From positions 14,889 to 78,888 of the forward strand of contig CANBAL010000002.1 of assembly GCA_947366545.1 (NCBI GenBank): a DNA stretch of 64,000 nucleotides, given 5' to 3'. Both the position numbers and the translations under genes were made by a program. The notes below the pieces were generated by a model. That model made no database searches. It was not told the origin of the DNA and saw only the letters and a list, made by a program, of their open reading frames with translations. This DNA is from an uncultured Clostridia bacterium (GTDB lineage Bacteria; Bacillota; Clostridia; Christensenellales; UBA1242). How positions within the stretch are numbered: position 1 is the stretch's first letter; every line of letters starts with the position of its first letter. Positions 27,938 to 35,965 of the stretch are shown here, piece after piece.

Positions 27938-28975
27938 TTATTCTCCTCTTAGTTTTACTTTGTCAGCAACACTTTTGCGCATATCTTCATTAATGGCTGC
28001 GTAGTGTTTCTTGGTTGTGTTTACATCCTTATGGCCAAGCACATCAGCGACGATATATATATCTTTGGTTTCGCGATACAGATTAGTGCCATATGTACTG
28101 CGCAGTTTATGTGGAGAAATTTTTTTAAGAGGGGAGGCGATACGTGCAAATTTTTTGACTAAGTTTTCGACAGCTCTTACAGAGATTCGCTTATTTTGAA
28201 GAGAAATAAACATTGCTTTTTCGTCTTTATCAAGTTCGAGAGTGGCGCGTTTTTCTAGCCATGTTTTTAGTGCCATTGCCACTTCATTTGAGAAATATAG
28301 CATAGACTGGTTTCCGCCTTTTCTGGTCACTATAAAGGCGTTTTGGTTAAAGTCAAAACTTTCCACATTAAGGCCAACAAGTTCGCTAATACGGATGCCT
28401 GTGCCAAGGAAAAGGGTGATGATGGCGTTGTCGCGCTCAAAGGTGTTTTTATTGTACGAAATTTGCTTTTGTGAAAAATCGGTAGGGTTTTCGACCGCAT
28501 TCATAAGTGCGGACACCTCATTTTGCTCAAGCTTTATAATTTCTTTATTATGTAGTTTTGGTGTTTCAATTTTACTAGCGATATTTGCGGATAGCATGTC
28601 GTGATTAAATAGATACTTAAACAGGCTTCGTAGAGACGCAAGTTTTCTTGCTTTTCCTCTTTCACTGTTTCTATATGTTTTGCCGTCTTTTTCATAAAGG
28701 GCAATATATGACAGGAATTGCTCTATATGGCGGGATTTTAGGGTGTCTAAGTCGGCAGTAGTGATGTTTTCTGGTGGCTTTTTAAATACAAATTCGCTCA
28801 GGTAATCAAAAAACACAGAAAAATCCATGGCGTAATTGTATCTAGTAAGTGAACTTGTGTTATTTTCCACACCTACAAAGAAGTCATAACAAAATTCTGG
28901 AAGATTATCAAGGTATTTTCCAGTTTTAACTCTGTTTTGCATATCGCGTCTTTCATAGAAAGAAGGTTTTCCCAT
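27938..28975 (-). CDS. tyrosine site-specific recombinase (Xer/phage-integrase family)
   Basis: 345 aa. SAM-like N-domain. Catalytic residues in context: TGIRISE (R), HKLRST (H-x-x-R), VLGHKDVNTTKKHY (H...Y). Confidence 0.9.
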   Translation of the reverse strand: MGKPSFYERRDMQNRVKTGKYLDNLPEFCYDFFVGVENNTSSLTRYNYAMDFSVFFDYLSEFVFKKPPENITTADLDTLKSRHIEQFLSYIALYEKDGKTYRNSERGKARKLASLRSLFKYLFNHDMLSANIASKIETPKLHNKEIIKLEQNEVSALMNAVENPTDFSQKQISYNKNTFERDNAIITLFLGTGIRISELVGLNVESFDFNQNAFIVTRKGGNQSMLYFSNEVAMALKTWLEKRATLELDKDEKAMFISLQNKRISVRAVENLVKKFARIASPLKKISPHKLRSTYGTNLYRETKDIYIVADVLGHKDVNTTKKHYAAINEDMRKSVADKVKLRGE

Positions 28976-28981
28976 GTTTCT

Positions 28982-29010
28982 ATTATATCTTATTTTTATT
29001 TTATTGTAAA
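28982..29010 (-). promoter_or_regulatory. promoter of the recombinase gene, probably giving a leaderless mRNA
   Basis: Minus strand: TTTACA (29010-29005), 17-nt spacer, TATAAT (28987-28982), then AGAAAC and ATG (28975). No SD sequence. Confidence 0.55.
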
Positions 29011-29029
29011 GTAATTTTGACCACCATAT

Positions 29030-29061
29030 ATTGTGGCTAGTATGTGCATATTAGCCACAAT
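29030..29061. repeat. 32-bp palindrome (site A): ATTGTGGCTA-N12-TAGCCACAAT
   Basis: Perfect 10-bp arms with 12-bp spacer GTATGTGCATAT. 29026-29050 recurs at 40680-40704 (24/25 identical). Confidence 0.9.
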
Positions 29062-29147
29062 TAAGGCAATACTTAGATAGTATTGATTTAAAAATAGTTG
29101 CTTTTATTATATTTAATATTTATAATTAACTCATATAAGGAGAAAAA

Positions 29148-30431
29148 ATGATAGACATAAATTTGATCAGGACAAATCCAGACCTTGTAAAAGGAAATAT
29201 TAAAAAGAAATTTCAGGAGCAAAAACTTCCGCTTGTTGATGAAGCGGCCGCTCTTGACGGCAAAATTCGTGCGCTAAAACAGGAAGGTGATGCACTTCGA
29301 GCAAGCAGAAACACGCTTTCTAACCAAATTGGGGCACTTATGCGTGAGAAAAAGATTGATGACGCAAATAAGGTGAAGGCACAGGTGGTTAAAAACAACG
29401 AGAGAATCTCTGAAATTGAGGCGCAGGAGCAAGAACTTTCTGCTTCTTTGCGTAAAATCATGCTGACAATACCAAACATAATTGACAAAAGCGTGCCTAT
29501 TGGTAAGGATGACAGCGAAAATGTGGAAGTAGAGAGGTTTGGGGAGCCAAAAGTGCCTAACTATGAGATTCCATATCATGCTGATATCCTTGAAAGCCTA
29601 TCTGGGGCAGATTTTGAAAGCGCAAGAAGGACAAGCGGTACTGGTTTTTATTATCTACTTGGTGATATTGCAAGGCTTCATTCCGCTATACTTGCCTATG
29701 CGCGTGATTTTATGATAGACCACGGCTTTACTTATTGCATTCCGCCATTTATGATTAGAAGTGATGTTGTGAATGGTGTTATGAGCTTTGACGAAATGGA
29801 AAACATGATGTATAAAATCGAAGGGGAAGATTTATACCTTATTGGTACAAGTGAGCACTCTATGATTGGTCGATTTAAGGATACAACTCTTAAAGAAAGT
29901 GCCTTGCCACAATGTTTGACATCATATTCTCCATGTTTTAGAAAGGAAATAGGCGCTCACGGAATTGAGGAACGAGGCGTGTATCGTGTGCACCAGTTTG
30001 AAAAACAAGAGATGATTGTTGTTTGTAAGCCAGAGGACTCTATGGATTGGTATGAAAAGATGTGGAGACTTTCTGTTGAACTATTCCGCAGTATGGATAT
30101 CCCAGTACGCCAACTTGAATGCTGCAGCGGTGATTTGGCCGATCTTAAGGTTAAAAGTTGCGATATTGAGGCTTGGAGCCCTAGACAAAAGAAATATTTT
30201 GAGGTTTGCTCTTGCTCTAATTTAGGCGATGCTCAGGCTAGACGCCTTGGAATTAAGTATAAAACAGATAAAGGTGCGGTTTTAGCACATACACTTAATA
30301 ATACTGTTGTTGCGCCACCACGAATGCTTATTGCATTTTTAGAGAATAATTATAATGAGGATGGTAGCATTCGCATTCCTAAGGCTTTGCAGCCTTATAT
30401 GGGTGGAAAAACCGTTATTACTAAAAAATAG
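29148..30431 (+). CDS. serS: serine--tRNA ligase
   Basis: N-terminal coiled-coil arm, class II core (FRKEIGAHG, TLNNTVVAPPRMLIAFLENN). Confidence 0.97.
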   Translation: MIDINLIRTNPDLVKGNIKKKFQEQKLPLVDEAAALDGKIRALKQEGDALRASRNTLSNQIGALMREKKIDDANKVKAQVVKNNERISEIEAQEQELSASLRKIMLTIPNIIDKSVPIGKDDSENVEVERFGEPKVPNYEIPYHADILESLSGADFESARRTSGTGFYYLLGDIARLHSAILAYARDFMIDHGFTYCIPPFMIRSDVVNGVMSFDEMENMMYKIEGEDLYLIGTSEHSMIGRFKDTTLKESALPQCLTSYSPCFRKEIGAHGIEERGVYRVHQFEKQEMIVVCKPEDSMDWYEKMWRLSVELFRSMDIPVRQLECCSGDLADLKVKSCDIEAWSPRQKKYFEVCSCSNLGDAQARRLGIKYKTDKGAVLAHTLNNTVVAPPRMLIAFLENNYNEDGSIRIPKALQPYMGGKTVITKK

Positions 30432-30439
30432 GAGAAAAA

Positions 30440-31399
30440 ATGAAGGTACAAATCAGTAAATCGCTTATTGAAAGCATCATTAGAAATGAAAACACGCAGT
30501 ATATTGAGTCTACAAATGAAAAAGTGAACTCTCTTTTAAGCTACTGTGTGGATGAACTTTCAAGAAAATCGGCATTTATAAGCCTTGATAACACCATTTT
30601 GCAGCCTATGAATGAGCTGATTACTGGTGCTTTTACTGACAACTCAAATTTTGTGTATTTTTTAGGTATCGACAATGCTCAACTTGAGATAAATACGCTT
30701 TCAGCAACTCAATTTTGGAAGAAATTTAAGGAACGAATTATTTACGCGTGGCAAAATCGAAATCCTAAGAAGAAAAAGAAAAGAAAAAAGAAAAACAAGG
30801 ATATAGAAGAAAAGAAATTGCCGGAATTTAACCCAGAAAAATACAATTTGTATACGCTTTGTGAAGATTTACAAAATACGCTTGCAAGTAATTTAAGTGT
30901 AACTTCAATCGTTTATAGAGAAAATAATCGTCTGAGAATTGTTGGAAAAGATGATTTTGGTTCCAGCGTGCAAATTATAATTTATCCCGTATTTACTGAT
31001 GGCGAAGTTTACAAGTATTTTGTAGACAAAAAGAAAGGGTTTATAAAAATTAATAATGATTTGCGTGTTACAGCACTTGAAAGCAAAGTAAATTCAGTAG
31101 GTGAGTCTTTTATCGACCTTTTGAAAGTGTTTAATGTGCTTTATTATAACGCAAACAGAGTTTTGCCTAATCAAATTTTTATGGAAAGTTTATTGTGTAA
31201 TTGTCCTAATGAACTTTTTAGCGAAAATGTCTATGATTCATTTACAAAAATATTGAATTATCTTACTATGTCGAATATAAAAAATTTTAAAAGCATAGTA
31301 AATCCAAATAAAGATATTTTTGTAGACCAGTTATGCGGAAATAGCGCATATGGATATAGAAAAATGATAAATATGCTATTAGATATAAAAAATGATTAA
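30440..31399 (+). CDS. hypothetical protein, possibly degenerate nucleotidyltransferase-fold (OAS/cGAS-like helical signature)
   Basis: 319 aa. Starts 8 nt after the serS stop, with RBS AGGAG. FIDLLKVFN...LPNQIFMESLLCNCP resembles the NTase C-terminal helical domain. Canonical GS / DxD motifs are not evident. Poly-Lys insert NPKKKKKRKKKNK. Confidence 0.55.
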   Translation: MKVQISKSLIESIIRNENTQYIESTNEKVNSLLSYCVDELSRKSAFISLDNTILQPMNELITGAFTDNSNFVYFLGIDNAQLEINTLSATQFWKKFKERIIYAWQNRNPKKKKKRKKKNKDIEEKKLPEFNPEKYNLYTLCEDLQNTLASNLSVTSIVYRENNRLRIVGKDDFGSSVQIIIYPVFTDGEVYKYFVDKKKGFIKINNDLRVTALESKVNSVGESFIDLLKVFNVLYYNANRVLPNQIFMESLLCNCPNELFSENVYDSFTKILNYLTMSNIKNFKSIVNPNKDIFVDQLCGNSAYGYRKMINMLLDIKND

Positions 31400-31464
31400 T
31401 TTGATGCATTTTTATGCAAAAATTTTAATTATTAAAAAATAACATAATAGTTGTGTTTTTAAAG

Positions 31465-31538
31465 CTAGTATGCGGTATTCTATGCGTAAAAGTTGTGTTT
31501 TACGCATAGAATATAAAAGTTGCATACTAGTGTTTTTT
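31465..31538 (+). terminator. long-stem intrinsic terminator of the serS operon
   Basis: CTAGTATGC / GCATACTAG outer stem plus a 16-bp perfect inner stem TATTCTATGCGTAAAA / TTTTACGCATAGAATA, followed by TGTTTTTTG. Confidence 0.75.
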
Positions 31539-31630
31539 GTCCCCGTTTTGACAAATGTGTTGTGGGTTTGAAATATGAGATGTTCCCTATTTGATTTAAT
31601 ATCCACCCTGCTTTATTTCAAAATCCCCTA

Positions 31631-31659
31631 TTGACAACAGGGTTAATGTATGATAAAAT
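31631..31659 (+). promoter_or_regulatory. consensus sigma-A promoter
   Basis: TTGACA (31631-31636), 17-nt spacer, TGaTAAAAT extended -10 (31654-31659). Confidence 0.65.
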
Positions 31660-31680
31660 GAAATATAAATGGAGGGAAAT

Positions 31681-32127
31681 ATGAAATTTGAATACATAAA
31701 ATCTAAAGAGCAATTAGAGAAAATTTTTAAAGATTTGCCAGATCTGAGGGTTGAGTTTGAAGAGAAAATTGGTTATTTAATTCGTTCAACTGCCACAAAT
31801 ATAAAAGAAGATGGCACATTTGAAAAAGTTGCGTTTCCTACTCATGAAATAGCGTATATAGCAAGTGATTTTGAGGTGAAGTTATTTGATGATAATGAAA
31901 CTTTAAGTAAATGGATGAATAAGAGATTACATAATGCACTTGTAAGGCAAAATGGTTATACCACAAAGTGGTTTAAATATATTGATGCTGATTATAATAG
32001 GCGCTATGAAAAAATAGATCAGGAGAGAAAAAAGTTGAAAGCTTGGTATAACAGTAAAACAGATGAAATACATCAAGCCATTATAGACACAATAGGCACG
32101 ATTTACAACGATGACGAAAGCGAATAA
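31681..32127 (+). CDS. hypothetical protein with acidic C-terminus
   Basis: 148 aa from ATG 31681, 5 nt after GGAGGG. The 31669 start overlaps the RBS. Ends ...NDDESE. Confidence 0.55.
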   Translation: MKFEYIKSKEQLEKIFKDLPDLRVEFEEKIGYLIRSTATNIKEDGTFEKVAFPTHEIAYIASDFEVKLFDDNETLSKWMNKRLHNALVRQNGYTTKWFKYIDADYNRRYEKIDQERKKLKAWYNSKTDEIHQAIIDTIGTIYNDDESE

Positions 32128-32153
32128 AAAACAGCCGAGAGGCTGTTTTTTTG
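32126..32153. terminator. bidirectional intrinsic terminator
   Basis: AAAAAACAGCC-gaga-GGCTGTTTTTTT. Confidence 0.8.
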
Positions 32154-32159
32154 TTTGCA

Positions 32160-32780
32160 CTACCCTATTTGTAAAAGGAAAGAATAGTTATCAAGTTGTT
32201 TTTTAAGTGATTTGTATTCTGGGCAATATGTTTTTACCTCTTCCCAGAAGGCTTTGGAATGATTTAGATGTACGCCATGGCATAGTTCATGCACTACAAC
32301 ATATTCAATTAGTTCTTTTGGAAGGATAACAAGTCGCCAATTTAGTTTCATATTACCATTTCTATCGTAACTGCCCCATACATGACGAGAATTTGATAGT
32401 TTTAGTGATTTATATGTAAGGTTTATTCTCTCGCTTATCTCTTTTGCAATGGCAGGCAAGTGTTTTTCTGCCTCGTCATGATAGAAATCTAATAGTTTTT
32501 CCTTTTTATTCCCCTGCATGAGAAGGCTAAGGTCAATATCTTCACACCTATACTTTTGCCCAAGCAGGTAAATATAAGACTGAAAATCAAACTCGTCATG
32601 GAAGGTATTGATTTTATTTATCCTTTTTTGTTGTTTTTCAATCCAGTGTGATTTAGAAGATATAAAGTCCTCGATTACCGCCGTAGTAGCCTTTAAAGGT
32701 GCTTTTACTATTATCTCTCCGTTGCTATTTACACGCATGGAGATTGTTTTTCTTTTTTCTCTTATAAGATTGTATTTCAT
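32160..32780 (-). CDS. YgjP/DUF45-type (M48-like) metal-dependent hydrolase
   Basis: WGSYDRNGNMKLNWRL...EYVVVHELCHGVHLNHSKAFW: HExxH in the typical DUF45 context. Confidence 0.85.
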   Translation of the reverse strand: MKYNLIREKRKTISMRVNSNGEIIVKAPLKATTAVIEDFISSKSHWIEKQQKRINKINTFHDEFDFQSYIYLLGQKYRCEDIDLSLLMQGNKKEKLLDFYHDEAEKHLPAIAKEISERINLTYKSLKLSNSRHVWGSYDRNGNMKLNWRLVILPKELIEYVVVHELCHGVHLNHSKAFWEEVKTYCPEYKSLKKQLDNYSFLLQIG

Positions 32781-32843
32781 AAGTATATTATAGCATATAT
32801 TAACAAAATACTAAAACAAAAAAGTGGCAAAGCCACTAATTTA

Positions 32844-33341
32844 TTAACCTTCATTTTCACCATCATTATTTTTGCTGTTTGATTGTGTTTTTATTGAGTT
32901 ATAGAAAAATTTAACATCCTCTTCGGTTAACCTCAGTTTGTCAAATTCCTCTATTGGCAGTTGAAGTTCAATTTGAACCAAGCCTTTTACCACTGGCGAC
33001 AATTTTGGCCAAGACTCTATAAGATTAAATATAGGTGTTCCGTCGCAAAGTTTGTCATTTAAAGAGTAGTTTTTATCAAGTATGACTTTTTTAAAGCCAG
33101 AACTCACTTGCGGTTTGTCTACTGTGGAAAGTTCAATGTGAATTGTGTTATCATTTTCGATTGGAAATTCGTTAGGCTTTTTTGCATAACCAGCCAAGAT
33201 AGAAGAGTCGTTGATTATCTTGAAAGCTATTTCTTTTGTTGTTTTAAGAAAGAAATAATTTGAGAGTGAATAGTTGTTCCACCCTATTGTATCGTTTAAC
33301 GTTTCTTTTAACTCTTTCACTGTGATTTCTTTATTTTCCAT
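32844..33341 (-). CDS. hypothetical protein
   Basis: 165 aa. RBS AAGGAG. No recognisable motif. Ends ...NNDGENEG. Confidence 0.55.
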   Translation of the reverse strand: MENKEITVKELKETLNDTIGWNNYSLSNYFFLKTTKEIAFKIINDSSILAGYAKKPNEFPIENDNTIHIELSTVDKPQVSSGFKKVILDKNYSLNDKLCDGTPIFNLIESWPKLSPVVKGLVQIELQLPIEEFDKLRLTEEDVKFFYNSIKTQSNSKNNDGENEG

Positions 33342-33409
33342 GCTTATCTCCTTTAACGCAGATATTATACCATATTATTCACATTTGTCAAGTGCGACAT
33401 CTTTTAGAA

Positions 33410-33465
33410 CACTATTATGCAGTGCATATTAGCACAAGATATGGCAAAATTTTTGCATAATAGTG
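33410..33465. repeat. 12-bp perfect inverted repeat CACTATTATGCA-N32-TGCATAATAGTG enclosing GTGCATATTAGCACAA (site D)
   Basis: Lies just upstream of the -35 of the PadR-like gene. The inner 12-mer GTGCATATTAGC is shared with site A (29044-29055). Confidence 0.8.
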
Positions 33466-33474
33466 CCAATTTAT

Positions 33475-33503
33475 TTGACTGGTGCCATTTTTTTATATAT
33501 AAT
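33475..33503 (+). promoter_or_regulatory. sigma-A promoter of the PadR-like gene
   Basis: TTGACT (33475-33480), 17-nt spacer, TATAAT (33498-33503). Confidence 0.6.
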
Positions 33504-33535
33504 TTATCTATAAATATATATAAACGAGGGAAATT

Positions 33536-35182
33536 ATGGATATTTACGCAAAAGGTCAACTTTCTTTCTTGATTTTAAACTGTCTTTTAGAGAGAGATTT
33601 TTATGGGCTTGATATTATCACTGAGATAAGAGATCGCACCAACGGGAAGATGGATTTAAAGAAGCCGAGCGTTTATTCCAACCTTACAAGAATGGAAAAA
33701 CAAGGACTTGTTTCTTCCTATTTGCAGTCCAGTGATCTTGGCCCTAACAGACGCTATTACAGCATTACTGAAAGAGGAAGAAAGACCCATCAAGAGTTAA
33801 AAGAAGAGTTTGAACGCAATCATTTTGATGTGTTTAGAGATTTTGGCGAGGCTGAGGCTATAATACAGCCTATTGTATCAGAGCAAGTGCAGCCTGCACC
33901 TGCTCCCGTGCAAGCGGAGGTGGAAGAAGATGAAGAAATTGGGGATTTCTTTGATTTCTCTTCGTTTGATAGTCCTAAAGAAATTGTAAAAGAGGAAGAG
34001 AAAGTTGAAGAACCTGTGCAAGAAACGGTAGTAGAAGAACCTGTGCAAGAAGTCATTTTAGAAAAGCCTACTATAGAGCCAGTGCAAGCACCTGCACCAG
34101 AGCCAACGCCTTATGTCTCCCCTCTTAAAGCACAAGCCGAGGAGGTAAAACAAGCAAGTTTTGATGACCCTGATTATAACAAGCGCATATATGACATTAC
34201 CAAGGATTTTAACAAATATCGCAAAAAGAGAAGTTTTGCAGAAGATCAAATGGCAATGGAAGTGAAAGAAAGCGATTTGTCACTTAATGATGCTGAAGCA
34301 AAAAGACAACAAAAGGTGGAAGACTTTAAAACTGCTCTTCTTGAAAGCAAGGGGCGTTTTGGCGAGAGAATGGCTGAGGAAGAATTTAAAAGACCTGCTG
34401 TCACGTCTGCACCTGCAAGACCAATGCCAGTGCCAACTGTTGCCGTGCAAGAGGAAGAAGAAAAGCAGGATGACGGCGTGTTCATAAAAACCCGAGTAGA
34501 GCGGGAAAATGTTATGCGCAGCCGCAAGATTGAGCCTCCAAGACTTAAAATTATCAATGAAAATCCTCCCCTTCCAGCACCTAAGCGTGATGCGAATATT
34601 GACCCTTCTCACAAGGAAATTATTTCACAGTTATATTCAAAGAGCAAAGGCAGCGAGCCTATTCATGAAGAACTTGATATTGGACTTTATGACTATGATG
34701 ACCTTGCCGATTATTACAAATCAAGCAACATCTCCTTTAGAACTTATGAGCAAAGTAAAGCGAAAACAAAGCATAACACAAACAAACTTAATATGATAAC
34801 CTCGGTTTTAACATTTACTTTATTATGTATTTTCTCCAGCATTTTATTCGCGGTGTTATATACTCAACATTTGACTAATCCGAACACGAGTTTCCTCTAC
34901 ATAATTATTCCTGGAGCATATTTTATTGATGTTTGTGCTAGAATTTCCGCACTTAAAAATACGAGTTGGGAGCCAAAGCCAATGCTTCCTCAGTGGTTTA
35001 TGTGGATTATGACATTGCTTTGTGCGGGCGTGGTTGTCGGACTTAACTTCCTATTTGGAATGAATACAGGCAATATTCAGCCTTTCTATACAACACTTAC
35101 ATTGCCTCTTGCTTCAATAATTGCGGTGTTACCTTTCCACTATTATTTGAAACGAGGACTTTACATCAAACATTGGAGATAG
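33536..35182 (+). CDS. membrane-anchored PadR-family transcriptional regulator
   Basis: N-terminal PadR winged helix (LSFLILNCLLERDFYGLDIITEI...KKPSVYSNLTRMEKQGLV), long P/E/V/Q-rich repetitive linker, about 4 C-terminal TM helices. Confidence 0.8.
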   Translation: MDIYAKGQLSFLILNCLLERDFYGLDIITEIRDRTNGKMDLKKPSVYSNLTRMEKQGLVSSYLQSSDLGPNRRYYSITERGRKTHQELKEEFERNHFDVFRDFGEAEAIIQPIVSEQVQPAPAPVQAEVEEDEEIGDFFDFSSFDSPKEIVKEEEKVEEPVQETVVEEPVQEVILEKPTIEPVQAPAPEPTPYVSPLKAQAEEVKQASFDDPDYNKRIYDITKDFNKYRKKRSFAEDQMAMEVKESDLSLNDAEAKRQQKVEDFKTALLESKGRFGERMAEEEFKRPAVTSAPARPMPVPTVAVQEEEEKQDDGVFIKTRVERENVMRSRKIEPPRLKIINENPPLPAPKRDANIDPSHKEIISQLYSKSKGSEPIHEELDIGLYDYDDLADYYKSSNISFRTYEQSKAKTKHNTNKLNMITSVLTFTLLCIFSSILFAVLYTQHLTNPNTSFLYIIIPGAYFIDVCARISALKNTSWEPKPMLPQWFMWIMTLLCAGVVVGLNFLFGMNTGNIQPFYTTLTLPLASIIAVLPFHYYLKRGLYIKHWR

Positions 35183-35283
35183 CATTACTTTTCTAGATTA
35201 GAAAAGTAACAAAAGACTTGAGGGGTTGCGATTCCCCTCAAACTCCCACAAACGCTTTCTAAGCAGAAGATAAAAAAGAATCA

Positions 35284-35907
35284 TTATATGGATTCTTTTT
35301 TATTATTTGATTTTTTGTGTTTGATGTTTTTAATAAGACTTGCAATTAAATCTATACTGAGGAAGATTATTACTATAGCAACTGAGAACATTAGAATATA
35401 CCCTATTGAATTTTCTAGCACTGTGCATAGCAGCGTAACTATTGCGCAGGAAATGAAAGCACCACAAGAAATTGCTAAAAAAGATTTGCCTGTTTTAAGA
35501 CTCGATAGTCCCGCAATGAAACTGCCCGCCCATACCCCAGTAAGAGGAAGAGGTAAGGCGACAAAGGTGCAGAGGCTAAGATACTTTTTAAAATCACCCT
35601 TTTGTTTTTCTAGCAGCGTGGATTTTACGCTATAGCGCGATTTAATTACATTCGTAATAAAACCCGTTGTATGTGCTTTGATTTTTCTTCCAGCGTATAT
35701 CATAAGAATGCTTGGGATTAGACTGCCGATAAAAGCAAAAAGGAATGCTTGCCATGCTGGAAGAGCGCTCTCTGCCCAAAAGCCAGTGTTCATTGCAAAA
35801 GGAATAGCAATCTTGCTTTCAAGTGTTGGAATCATGGCGAGCAATATTACGGCAAGCCAGATACAAGAAGCAAAATGCTGCGAGAGTATTTCGATTAGAT
35901 TTTCCAT
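35284..35907 (-). CDS. putative small multidrug export-family membrane protein (COG2426-like)
   Basis: IPTLESKIAIPFAM and ALPLPLTGVWAGSFIAG resemble the Sm_multidrug_ex signature. Multiple TM helices. Confidence 0.65.
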   Translation of the reverse strand: MENLIEILSQHFASCIWLAVILLAMIPTLESKIAIPFAMNTGFWAESALPAWQAFLFAFIGSLIPSILMIYAGRKIKAHTTGFITNVIKSRYSVKSTLLEKQKGDFKKYLSLCTFVALPLPLTGVWAGSFIAGLSSLKTGKSFLAISCGAFISCAIVTLLCTVLENSIGYILMFSVAIVIIFLSIDLIASLIKNIKHKKSNNKKESI

Positions 35908-35965
35908 ATTTCTATTTTATTCGTGGTTACTTATGAATATGAAAAAAAGTGGCTAGGCCACTTTT

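Noticed and set aside
30765-30800. A-rich poly-lysine coding stretch as a transcriptional or translational slippage site.
   Set aside because: The longest uninterrupted A run is only about 6 nt and the frame stays open. It is more simply a lysine-rich insertion.
31441-31540. Large inverted repeat considered as a transposon end, inverton or CRISPR-like repeat.
   Set aside because: It is a single hairpin (9-bp plus 16-bp stems) followed by a T-run, right after a convergent operon end. It is therefore an intrinsic terminator. The repeated AAGTTGTGTTTT is part of the stem-loop context.
34007-34051. 18-nt direct repeat GAAGAACCTGTGCAAGAA inside the PadR-like gene, considered as a regulatory repeat.
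   Set aside because: It is in-frame coding low-complexity sequence (EEPVQE repeats) within the linker, not an independent element.
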